Part shown: positions 12,701-25,428 of the stretch, piece by piece
Position numbering within the stretch: position 1 is the first letter of the stretch
How the letters are laid out: each line of letters begins with the position of its first letter
Assembly: GCA_030141605.1 (NCBI GenBank)
Contig: JAQGDQ010000101.1
Location: 392,919-456,918 of the forward strand
From: Tubiluchus corallicola
Taxonomy: Eukaryota; Animalia; Priapulida
Length of the DNA stretch: 64,000 bases
Direction of reading: 5' to 3'
The notes under the pieces: model-generated
What the model saw: the letters and a program-made list of their open reading frames with translations, nothing else
The model's database searches: none
What the model was told of the DNA's origin: nothing
Made by a program: the position numbers and the translations under genes

Positions 12701-15700
12701 AGTATAATAAAGCACGCCACAATTTTCAACAAAGGATGACGCAAGTTACGATCGCAATTAAAATCCACATTTCAGTCGATCAGCGACCATTAATATAATC
12801 CACATTTCAGCTCATCAGCGGCCATTAATATTTCATTACAATTACGAGCATCTCAAGTGGCTGTGGCTGTATGGTTAATAATTTACCTCCAAACCATTAC
12901 ACAAATGTTAAGTGATTAAAGCATCTAAAACTCACATTAGCAGATTGTTGTGGAATCGATTGTAAGAAGACATGGTTATGATGCCACCCCAGCCTGGTCC
13001 AAGTGAGTAGAAAATCTGAATGAACGCCAACCCCCACACCTGAAATAACAATGAATTTGTATAGTACCAGATCGAGCATGAAGTATAAAAAAATCGCATC
13101 TATAGGAAATAACTTAATGCAAAAGGCTGATATTTAATAAGTAGTTGCAACTGCCAATTACCTGGAAATTACACATCAGCTTCCAATCTGGCATTAGGTA
13201 GTAATACAACCCATCAGCTGCACCAGGCAACGTTACTCCTCGCACTAGCAATATGGTTAGGACTACATATGGAAATGTAGCTGTGAAGTAGACAACCTAT
13301 GCAAAAATATTACAAAAATGCATTGCTTGACTCCATGAAACACATCAACTGCTTGACTGCATGAGACAAAGCGAGATGACCCTTGCATGAACAGGACTCA
13401 CTCGAGAGCACTGTGCACAATTACCAATTACTACTGTGCAATAAACATGCCACAAAGTTATAAAAAAAGAATGGAATGTTTACTTAAGTGTTATAAAACT
13501 TATTACAATTTCGTTGAGAATTCATTCTTCTGAAGGTGACCTTTTAAAGAAGGGTTGTAAAAGTATTGAATTTTAGTTGCTAGGATATTTAATACATTAC
13601 GACTAATTACCTTCCCAGTAGATTTGACTCCCTTGCAGATGCAGAGGAAAACTATAACATAGGCAATGAACAGAGATAACAAGAGTTTCCAGTGAACGCC
13701 GTCTAGGCTGTCCAGACCATTGTTGATATTCAAGATAAAATTGCTGTAAAATACAGATTGGTGAGAGACACCAGAAGTTACACATAAAAATGGCCATATG
13801 AGACCTATACGAGCCTGTGACAAATGGTGGTGTTTGAAAATTCAAAGGTGTGAAAAAGTGTGCATACTTTCAAAATTCTAAAGGCAAATAGCCCATGCTT
13901 TGCAAATCAAAGCATTTCATGAAGGCAAAGCAACATACGTTTCATAAACATCAAAAACCACCACTTGCTGTGTGTAAGTGAGCAAACAACAACACTGAAA
14001 GCGTGAAATGCTACCATCCACAAGTCATCCTGTGTGCAAAAATGCACGCCATTTAAGTAGTTTAGTATAGCTTAAAAACCAAGTGGGTAACATTGTTTTA
14101 GAAACAAATTTTGTCTAACGTGAACAGTTTCTTTTGATCTACAACTCAAAGATATTCTGTAAACAAAGAAAAAAACTTGAAAGTTAGTCACCAGCCAATG
14201 TCACTTCCCTTCACCCACCACTAAGACACAGTGTCACAGATTTGTCTTAATCATAGGCGTGTACCGGTGTCACTACGGACACCTGTGCACACCTATGCAA
14301 TACATTAATCGCAGTGCACAATGTACAACAAATATTACAGTACCGCAAACACGTTTGCTTGACTGGTGACAGAGTGGCAAATTTCTAGCAGTCTCTTAAT
14401 TTAATAACAATCTGAAACAGTCACTCCGAAAGCGTTATACAATGGATCCAGTCTGACAACGTACCCACTTAAAAACTTCCAAATAGCATCTATCGCTAAA
14501 AATATACTTCAGTACAATTACGAACTATGCATTTCTTGTGGATAAGAGCATTCCCAAAAAAATTGAAGCTAAATGACTGAGTTCCTTGCTACCAGACACA
14601 TTACGCGTCAGTAACCCACTACTAGGTTTGCAGCAACAACGAATACTACAAAGCTAATTTGTAGCATAAATTATTGCACTGTTACAAGTGGTAATGTGTA
14701 AAGTCAAAAACCAGAAAAGGCGATTATCTATCTTTATCCACAAATCATTTTCATAGAATAACTGTAATTTAATAAAAGGTGTCAATCAAAGATAACAAAC
14801 ACACTAACTTTTATTTATTGCGAAAATTATCACAGCCAAAACACAGCGTGAATGTAAATAGACAGTCGCATAATCTGGAGGAACCAGTCATGGCTAGAAA
14901 TTGTAGGTTCTGCGTAGCTGCTTTTATTTCGATTTATGAAAATCTTCAGTTAAAAAACATGGGAAATGGGAGGTAATATTTATGCCTGATCAATCTGCCA
15001 GGTACAAATCTACATAAACAATTGCAATATAAAGGCACTAAAGAAAGTTGTATGACAAGTACACAAGTGCACACGCATTTCCACTCAACTGCAAGCCACT
15101 CTCAAACAGGGGGCCGTACCTAAGCTTCACACAAAGCCACCTTCAATCACCAACCCAGGGTTGCCAGATTGATCAGTAAGACAATTGGCAACTAATTACA
15201 GTTTTTACAGAGGAATACTCAAAGGAGCACGAAAGCATATCTAAAAAGAATTTAGGTTTGTATCATTCCTGGCACCCTTAATATTTACAGTGCAGTGTTT
15301 ACCTGTTTTCGTTTTCAAAATGAGCAATCTCATTTTCAGTACTAGTTTTATATTTTAGTAAAGTTTGAGCTTGTAAAAACTAACTTTCCACAAAATGTTG
15401 TTACTACTATTGAAAACCAAGCAAAAATAAATCCGAAAGCTGTATTCCAGTCAAAAATGTTATCACTTGGTAAGGCAGCAACGCAATGGAGTGAAATATC
15501 TTATTATAGCAAAAAAGTGATATTAGTAAAAAACCCATGCCAAAATCATATTTAAAATGTTTGCATAATAATGATAAAACTAAAATTTTAAAGGCACTGT
15601 CAGAATCACTATAATGCACAGGAATGATAAAGTTGCACGAGACAAATTGTGTAAACAAAAAGTATAAACTCGAAAAGCATTTTGAGATTTAAAAGGAAAT

Positions 15701-18700
15701 TAGAAGGAAACAAATATGTTATATATGTGGCCTTTCAATGCAGACCCTTCTTTTTAATGCTAAACATGCTCCTTTAATCAATGATCAATTTGTTGCAGTC
15801 TTCACTTAAAAGCAGCTGCACAGACTTTGACCTACCATCAAGTTGGTGAAGCACTTTCACTGTAAATGGTGAGCAGTTGAAGAGTTTGCTATATAATTAA
15901 AAAAATCTTAATTGGTCAACAATGTTTTTGACTTGAATGCAACGTTACGCGTTTGATATTCCAAATCGCAAGTTTAAGAATAGCTTAATTCAGTCCACCT
16001 TTACTGCTGAAGCACTTACACATGCCGTATATATGGCTGATCTAAGTGATCTTGAGCTGCCCCTCTATCGGACAGTTCAGGCTCCTGTATATATAGGAAT
16101 AGACGAGTTCATTAAGTGCACAGTCACAAATACAATGAAGTCAAAAAAGTAAAACGGGGGTCCCAAATGGAATCTATTTCTGGAAGTTAAAAGCACAGTA
16201 AGGATGGTGACAAAGCTTGTTCTCACCAAATACGTGAGAAAACTAACCAATTAAGCTAAATAGTGTACACTACAGTAGAATCCTACTACCCAGTACCCAA
16301 TGCTAAGAAAATTTTAGCACCTAGCTTACAATAATGGTAGGCCTAGAGATAAAGCTTCAATATTCACAAAAGTATGAAGGGTGAGGGCAGGTATTAATTT
16401 GTTTGACAAATCTGCATCAAAAATCCAATCTCGTTGATGCAAGCTGTTGTGAGTACACATGTTGATGGCTCATGAGTTGACTTAACAAGAAAGGTGCAGA
16501 AAGCAAATTGAAACCATTATGGGCAAAAAAGCAAGAGCTCAGTTTCATGAACAGTCAAGAGGATGTTCAATACTATTATGGCTGCCATTTTTTTCTTTGC
16601 AAACTCAGCTAAAGAAGATCAAGGTAGCTATAACTGACAAGAAGCAAGATATTTCAGATCTATATAAAAGCTGTTTTGTAATGCGATTTCTCTTCATAAG
16701 CTTAGCTGATGGTGCATGAACTATTAAAAAATAATATTCACAGATGGTCTGCTGACCACTTGGGTAAAGAATAAGCTACCTAGCTACCTAAGCACAAAAT
16801 GATGGTTATAACAAAAACAGCTACTGCTAAATAAATAAGTTGATTTAAGTAGCGAAAGTCACAGTGATAAGGGTAGGCAAAGATTAGTGAAAAAAATGCC
16901 TTGGCTTACAGTTAATAGGTCTACTAGCACATGTATGGCAATTAACAGCAAAACAAACTGTTGCATACGGTGCGTTAGAAACAATACAAATTGCAGTTTA
17001 AATCTTTAATATAAATTCAGACAATTTTGGGCAATTTTTTTCACAAACTTATAATTGTACCACTTACAAAATTCACAAGTTGTAAAAGGTTAAGAAGTAA
17101 CACAGATAGACACTCAAATTCACTTTGGAATAACTTCTAAAGCTTCTACTGTAGATATTTTACCATCCGACTATTGTGAAAACTATTGGGTAAGAAGTGT
17201 TAGAATTTCTTCCATTTGGAACCCCTTTAGATTTACTTTGCATACTGCAAAAAGATTTCATATTACATCATTAAACTAAATCTGTTTTTACAAAAACAGA
17301 ACATTTTAATCTTTTTTTGATTTTACAAAGAGACTTACTGCCATACCTCAAATAGAATAAGTTTAGAAACCACCAATCCAATATTTTTTGTCTAAATATT
17401 AAGGAATGAATGACAAGCCCCCATTTGGTATGTTTTTGAGTGATAAAAGTTAGTTAGGAACTGGTATGACACTTTCGAACAAGCTGGGTGGCTAGCATTT
17501 AACAGAAAAAACACTCTGTTTTGCAAAGCAGCAAAAACCGAAAACAGTTTGGCAATCGGGTAAAAACGATAAAAGTCTACCACCCCCCCTTTGGAATGGG
17601 TCACATATTTTATTGTATCATTTAACAGAAAAAACACTCTGTTTTGCAAAGCAGCAAAAACCGAAAACAGTTTAGCAATCGGGTAAAAACGATTAAGTCT
17701 ACCCCCCCCCCCTTGGAATGGGCCACATATTTTATTGTCACTTAAAAACTGATGACAGCAGCATTGTCATGAAGTACAGTCATTGCAATTAGGCAAGATT
17801 ATTAAATGAACGAAAACATGACAAATGAATGAAAGAAACATACTAATTTCAAAAAAGACCGTTCGAATGCAAGCGTATTGCATTCGGTGCCGATAAAACA
17901 AAAATTGTGGTGTGTATAAAATGTAGATAAACTTGTGTGCAAGTTCTCTCCGTCATACAATACATCACATTGTAACGTATTAGTTAGGTAGTTGTATGTT
18001 GATTGGAAATGTGAAAACATTTTTTGCAGAATTTTTCAAACAGTCACTCACTGTTTTGATGTGGTTTTCCTTTTGAGGTGTTTGCCTGCCCTGCATCTGC
18101 ATGGCAAAGTCTAATGTATGTCGGAACCAAAATCATAGTTTCTAATTGTGAGAAGTGTTATCTCAGTCGTTTCATATTGGAAGAATCAGACTGTGCATGT
18201 GTGTGTGTGTAAATTATTTTTAACTTTTTAAGCTAGCAGATAAAACTACAAATTAAAAACGAAAATGAAATAAAAATTGCGAAGTAAATGAAAACAACAT
18301 GCAAGACTAAAGAAACAACTGCACAATCAGTGCTACAGCTAAATGTTGAAGGAGAAACACAAAAGAGTGCTTCATGCAAAAATGAAAAATCTAGACGAAA
18401 AAAACAAATTCAGACTGCAAGGACGTTTTGCGACCCTGTGTTAAATCAAGTTATTCAGGGAAGCTCTGGCAAAATCTTCAAATCTTTGAAGTCAAATGTG
18501 CTAACAAGTGCTTCATTCATTAATATGCAATGGTCAAGCATTAAGTCGCGAATGAACAGAATGTGACAGTGCTTAGGCAAAAAGCGGAACACAATTAAGT
18601 GCAGCAAAAGTCAAAAGTTATTGGAATATCAAGTTAATAAGAGCAATTCGACTACAAATAAATAAAGACAAGGCAAAAGAAGCATGATCCCATCTGTTGA

Positions 18701-21700
18701 CAGCAATAGGTTTGTTTGCTCATAAAACAGTAAATTTCTCACGTCGTTAAGTGTACGAAATTAGAGCCAATAATTCGGCATAAAATGATTGAAAATGAGA
18801 CTTTTTGCATTGATCCTAAGATTAGAAGATAAGTTTCTGTTTTAGAATTCAAGCAAACAAGTAGGTTGCAATCATGCAGAACTTTAAACATATCACACAG
18901 TAAGAGAAATATTTGTTTTAATTATTGAACAATACTATAGAAAAAATGGCAAAAAAGACTGAAAACACATACAAGCAGGATAAAATTAATTAGGAGAATT
19001 GTGCAATTCGGCAAACAATTAATAAATGCAACAACAGAAGGCTTTAAGGTTTAATGCCTGAATAATCTATTTCGTTTTTGATTTGAAGTTATTAAAATGT
19101 AAATGAATTTAATTGTAAGCCAGCCAATATTTAGTACCACCGATTTTTGTTATGTCAGCATTTACACATTTGATATATGGAAAATAGCTTTGTTTTCCTT
19201 AGTTAGGAAGTCTATACTTAGGCCATGCTGCTATTACACATGTGAGGATAAAAGGCTCCCACTTGTTTTAACCCATTTTGGATGGGGCCATGTGGCACAG
19301 TTTTGTTATCTTTCTTAATTAGGTTACCTGCCAGCAATACAACACTAATCTGAAATCAAATGTAATTTCACAATAATTATTAGTAAGCATAAGACAAGCT
19401 ATGGAATTTCACACTGCAACTGTTATGCACACACAGCCAAACACGGCCACACACACACACACACACACGCACACACACTGCATTCGCAAAAAAGGCAAGC
19501 ATACATTCACTGCACGCAGTTCGAAACATAAAATTCAAAAAGTCGACTGGCAACAATCTTTACATCCCTCTATTTATAAGCATATCAACAACTCTAATGT
19601 ACTCACCACAAAACTAGAGGCTACCATTTTTTAAAATAAAATATAAAACGAAAGGGAAGAGAAGAATGTATTATTGATCACAATATTATCCTCATCTACA
19701 TAGAGCACCAAATTTCTTAATTTTGGAAAAACATAGCACTGCAAAGGCTATAGAAAACCTAGCAGGCAGACAAATTTAGCAAAAAGATTTTTATAAGGAT
19801 CTAACAAGGTTATCCTTGACATACATACATGTATCCCTCCGTTGTGGATCAAATTCACGTCCACACATGCTAGAAATCAACAGCATGTCCTTCGGAAGCG
19901 CCAAAGTATGTAAACATAATCCACAAGCTCTGAGATAACTTAAATACTTCGGCATATGGCTCATAAAAAGGATGAAACAAAAAAATTTGACTGGAAATCA
20001 CAGAAGTTTACAATTTCGTACTAAGCTAGCTGTTTATGTTTGTAAGACTAAAATAACCACACAAAAATGATTTTGAAATTGTATATAGGCCAAAACAGGT
20101 AATTCAAACTTGAAGGATTTGCCAAGCGCTCAACTTCCATTATGCATTACAATTCACTTCCATCACGAAATTACACGAACACATGGTGCCAACGCTACAA
20201 AATTTGCCAGTCGACCACTTTCATTAGTAGTACACATCACAGAAATGCAGTTTCATACTTTCATTTGGACTGAAAAGCAATTAGTTTTTTTTGGCACGGG
20301 CAACACTCTTTTTCTACTGTAGAGAATTGACAAAAGCATAACAATGAAAATCTTAGAAAGAATTTATCAAGCATTAAAGAATTACTTATCTCAAACCATT
20401 TTGGATCTATACTTATAGAACAATTCAACAGCCAAGCAGACAAACTTGCAAGGTGGCAACAGCAGATTGGATGAAATTTAAAATGAAACTGCATTTCATT
20501 TTTCATGTAGTTATAAAAGTGATCTATTCTAACACTAAAGCAGAGTGTGATCTGGTTATGCTAGGCTTATCGTTTATTAACAGAACTGAAACTATTTAGA
20601 AGCATTATGAGTTGCAATTATCAGAAATCTTTTTAAAATAAAAGCACAACAGTAACGGACAACTGAAGCCAGCGCCAACCAGTAATGGCTAGAGAAAGTT
20701 TTTAGTGCTAATATATGCAGCAGCTAATCAGCTACAAACAACCTAAAACCTAGTGCAAGCCAGATCATACTACACTCCAGATAGAAGCAACTCAGAAAAC
20801 CTGTCAGTTCGATGTTGCTGAATAGGAACGACTGGTTACCACCGTGACATTTAAAATACTCAGCGTTAGTTCGTTAGTTTTATTTGCACTTTTAACAAAC
20901 GTTTGAATCCTATTTCATTTTTCGTTAAAAATTGACTAATGACTGACTGATTTTCCAAGTTGCCGTTGTGATTTAGGAAGAAGTCATCACCTCACACAGT
21001 AAGCCATAAAATGCAATACTTACTACCAGAACTCTTCACTAGGTGTAGTGGGTGTACCATTGCGAGCCACTGTCATAGCCATAACACCTGCAGCGGTGTT
21101 ATTGGCTATGTAATCCGTGGACACATTTGTGCCGTTGGACTGTGTCAAACCAACATCCTCAACGCCTCTGCGGACACAATTGATGGTGTTCCACCAGTTG
21201 TCACAGTCCGCCCACGGTACAGTCTTTGCAAACGACATGACCATGTAGAATAGTATATATGCGATTAGTACATTATAGTAAATGCAGCATATACCCGTCA
21301 CTACCACTGTTCCATAACCAGCACCTACAATTAGACAATAAATGTTTCATAATAAAAACTAGAGCTGTTAGTTGAAGCTTATAGAAAGTGCACGTTTTCT
21401 GTGACACATTCCAAATATTGCGACATGTTGCTGGTGAGGTTTGTGGTGACAGTTAAATAATTAAATAACGGAGATAAGCTGTTGAAAAATAAGAACAAGA
21501 TTTTCTACACCAGTCTTCATGAGATGAGGTTATGTCATCATTCAGTAGTCCTTTGTCCAGAAGTAAATTAATCATGCTGTGGAGATAAACAGTTTAAGCT
21601 CAACAGATACAGCTCAGCAGCTTCTGAATGGAGGTTATTGACACTGCATTGATTTAACATACAATGATACTGAAAAAAAATGCAATTTTTTTTTCAATTT

Positions 21701-24700
21701 TCAAAGATTGAAGCTAACGAATAAAGTAAAGATCGTTAGTGCTACAAATAAGATACGATGCAAACTGTGTAGAATTAATCTTTGAAAAGTACACCAAACA
21801 AAAATAATATTTGATAATGAATGGCACATTTTAAAAAATAAAAGTGGAGAACCAAAATTCAAGAAGCAAACTGTCAGTTGGGTATAATAACATACTGGCT
21901 AAATAAGGCCTAAAAGATATGTTTGTTTCAGATTTATTGTAATTTTACCCTATGGATATGTAAGGGATTTTATTTTATTCTTCTGTCAAGTGTATGTCAG
22001 AGAGAAATTTCCCGATCTTCTAACCAAATTACATCTTGTTTTGACAAGTTTACCGCTTTTCCACAAAAAATTATTTAAATGTAATTTGTAAAAAAATAGA
22101 AATTCATTTCTAACTACTTAAGAGATAAATAAAGTAGAGATAATGCATCTGTAGCACCACCATCATCCCACACCCCACTCACCAGATCATACACACATAC
22201 TGTGTGATAAACATTAAGTGTGCCTTGGCTACACTGCTGCCACATTGTAAAATAATAAGCTGTCAATATTATAAAATTTTATTTAATATTTAATTTTTTT
22301 GCACCTCTTTTTTTACTTTTAATACAGTTTTCATTGCGAAGTACTAACTTACAAAACGAGACTGCATTAGGCAAACATACCGTATTGAATTGCACGGTAG
22401 AAGCACTTTCTTATGCTCCTCAAGAATTTTTTGTTAGTCACTTGCGGTACAAGTCCCAAAGTCACTTTTGCTTAACTATGGCCTGAAACCACAAGGTCTT
22501 GGTTGAATACTGACTGGAACTCATGTTTTTTCAGAACCTTCCTCAATTATTTGATTTCACTTTTACGCAAATTCAGTATTTCTCCTTAAATACAGTTCAT
22601 TGTGTTTTTGCTTAACTGGCCTAAATAACGACGGTCTGGACTTTCCTATCACTGTCAGAGAGTTTCATTAATTATAAGTCAACTGTGCAGACTGTAGTTG
22701 GAACTGCAGGGGGGGGGTGTGTCTGACAGCTACTGGGGTTTCAAATTACAAGTTTGCGTGGGTGAGCACTGGTCATTTAGTGTTTGCATAATAGAGTCAA
22801 CTGTACTAAATGTGAACTTGCTCAACGATCATGCTTGGCAGGCAAATAAAAAAAATTCCTTTCATAAACGAAAAAAATGAGACGCGCATAAAATGGACTG
22901 TTGGAAACCAGAAACAAACATTTTTCTAGGTCTATAATAAATCTCAATGAACTAGACAAAGCCAAAGAACAAATTAACTGCCTAATATTAGATGTTAAAA
23001 TGCAATATAATCACAGCAATGTCACTAAAACGTTGGCTGCAAAATGTTTTAACCTAATGGAAATTTTCGAACTTCAAAATGGAAAATTTTGACCCAACAA
23101 ATCCTCAGGAATGCGGACAATTGCTTTTGTAAACACGTTAGTAAAACAGGATGGCAAAGATCAGTGATGAATGAACAGTTTAAGCAGGTCAACGTTCAGG
23201 CAGCTGCTAATTAAAACTTCTTCACAGTTAGAGTTTGGAAAATTTGCACTGAAGTGACAGTCATTTATTCAAAACTAGTACCACTGAGAAAAAAAACACT
23301 AGTAAATTCATTAATTGTAAACTAATGTTAACAGGTAAGACAGTAACTAGAAAAAACCCAGTGATAATCATTCCTTTGAAAATACCTCCAAGAATAGATA
23401 AAATTTTGATGCCCCACAAATCGATTCAAATTTAATTATGAAAATAGATTTTCCTGCAACTAAATTATTTTTTTCTTTTCAACCATATATAAACTACACC
23501 TGAATAAAAAATATAATCTTCTGATTCATTACACAAAAATTGCCAACAAAATAATGAAATCCAAGATATACAAATATGTTTATTGCGATAGAAGACAGAT
23601 CTAATAGGAACAAATGTTAACCTTACAATGTGTAACAGTTTGCAGTACAGTAGTTCTCAACCTTTTTGCCGCATGCAACTTTTTGATGTTATGCAAAACT
23701 GCCTTTCCCCTTTTCTTATGGATACTGCTTGATTTTTATATTCCTGGCACTCTTTTTACCATATATGATTTAGTGTCTGGTTCAATTTTTTGGACCATTT
23801 TTATAGCTGATCTTAGCACAAATTTAATAGAACAGAAAATGTTAATGGATTTTTAAATTCAATTTCGTTAAATCTTTATATTAGTCTGTGACATTCTGTA
23901 GTGTGATGCCATCGAAGATTATCATGTTTGTAGTGTATAGTATGCAGCGAACCAATATTACAATAATTTTGCCAGTGAATCTGCCAGTCTCCACTTAAAT
24001 TCCCCGTGGGTGAATTCTCTTTGGTTGAGAACCACTGTGTTGTAGTACAATGGTCTTTCAGACTAACATGAATCAAGGCTGAACAGGCCTATAGTGCACA
24101 CATTGATAAGTCAATGATCATTCAAGCAAAATCCTCCAGTAGCACACTACTATCAAGCAAAGGCAACTCATTGATAATAAATGTTTGACTAGGAAATAAT
24201 GTACGTATCAGTAAGATAAATGTTAAACGACGATATCTCTCTGATAATGTTGTTGGCAGGGATTTGCAGTATCAACTCCAGGAACCTACTATGCACAGTC
24301 TGTGCTAATAGTTAAGTTTCTTATAGCCAAAAAACCACTGGAAATTCATTTTTACTGGCTTAATCATTTTTACTAGATGAAATTATTCAGTATTAACAGT
24401 GTAGATTTACATGAAATGCATCACATTAATTAATCAAAATGCTGGATTTTAGAAAAACAGGGCAAAATATGATTACCTCTACAAGCTAAAAATTTCACAT
24501 AAAAAAGTTCCGCAAAATTTTTTACCTATATGGTTAAGAATAAATGTGAACAACAAATTCCACTAAGAACACTGAAAGATGCACGACCTATTCAAGAGCT
24601 TAACCATTTTGGCACGTTCTTCTTCACTGTTCCCAGTGGAACTTGTTTTCAGTAACATCTAGATCTATAATGTCATACCTTGAAGAATTGGACTCATCTT

Positions 24701-25428
24701 CCACACCTCAATTGCTCCACAGTTAGAGAATTGGCCAAGAGCAACCTCCATGAAAAACAGCGGCAAGCCGCAAATAAACAGTGCTAGCAAATACGGCACT
24801 AAAAACGCACCTGCAACGAAACAAACCATCAAGATTTAATACTGAGATTTGTAATGCACTGCAGTCAAGTTTGACTGAAGTAATTGCAATTGTTTTTAAA
24901 GAGGAAGAACAGGCAATTTTATAGTGTGCCAAACAACTACTATATCTATAAATTCCAGTTTATTGTTATTTTGGCTTATTTGCCACCATCTATTTAAGTA
25001 GAAGTGCTGGCCAATTTTGTAATAGTGTCTATAGTGCGTAAGGTTTGATTAATTTGCTTCAATAGCCATGCAAGTTTAAACATTCCAATGGCTGAGGTAT
25101 GGATGTATTCACAAACAACACCACTAAAGCCCCCCTATACAGACACTTCATTTACACAGATAATAATGACGTTGAAGTTGCCTTGCTTGTAACAAAATTT
25201 GGTAATTAGTTTACACAATTTTCTCCCTAAATTACCTCCTCCGTTTTTGTAGCAAAGGTAAGGAAATCGCCACACGTTTCCGATACCCACAGCATAACCA
25301 ACACAACTGAGAAAGAAATCGAAGTTCCCAGACCAATTTCCTCTATCTTTGTTCTCATCACTCCCCTGAGATGATACTGACGACACGCTGCCGGAGTTAC
25401 TCTCTACATCTTCTCTATTATTTCCCAT
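9732..25428 (-). CDS. SLC6A9: SLC6 sodium- and chloride-dependent transporter, glycine transporter-like (GlyT1/GlyT2 type), ~658 aa, 13 coding exons
   Basis: Exons (all GT-AG): 25236-25428, 24679-24810, 21024-21324, 13611-13743, 13162-13296, 12936-13039, 12352-12476, 11432-11544, 11189-11323, 10892-10991, 10659-10765, 10313-10480, 9732-9962; total 1977 nt. Motifs: [95 protein letters not shown]. The family is secure; SLC6A9 versus SLC6A5 orthology is uncertain. Confidence 0.9.
12762..12831. repeat. 35-bp imperfect tandem duplication in an SLC6 intron
   Basis: AATCCACATTTCAG..ATCAGCG.CCATTAATAT occurs twice. Confidence 0.75.
14252..14297. repeat. 46-bp near-perfect palindrome/hairpin
   Basis: CATAGGCGTGTACCGGTGTC-ACTACG-GACACCTGTGCACACCTATG forms a 20-bp stem with 2 mismatches and one G-T pair. 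Confidence 0.75.
15156..15280. mobile_element. Small hAT-like MITE
   Basis: Termini CAGGGTTGCCAG ... CTGGCACCCTTA. No TSD recognised. Confidence 0.45.
17496..17740. repeat. ~123-bp tandem duplication ending in a transposon-end-like motif
   Basis: CATTTAACAGAAAAAACACTCTG...CCCCCTTGGAATGGG(T/C)CACATATTTTATTGT starts at 17496 and 17619, with few differences. Confidence 0.85.
19448..19478. repeat. (CA)n microsatellite
   Basis: About 15 CA units with one CG interruption. Confidence 0.9.
23648..24037. mobile_element. hAT-Charlie-type MITE
   Basis: TIRs CAGTAGTTCTCAACC / GGTTGAGAACCACTG. Confidence 0.75.
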
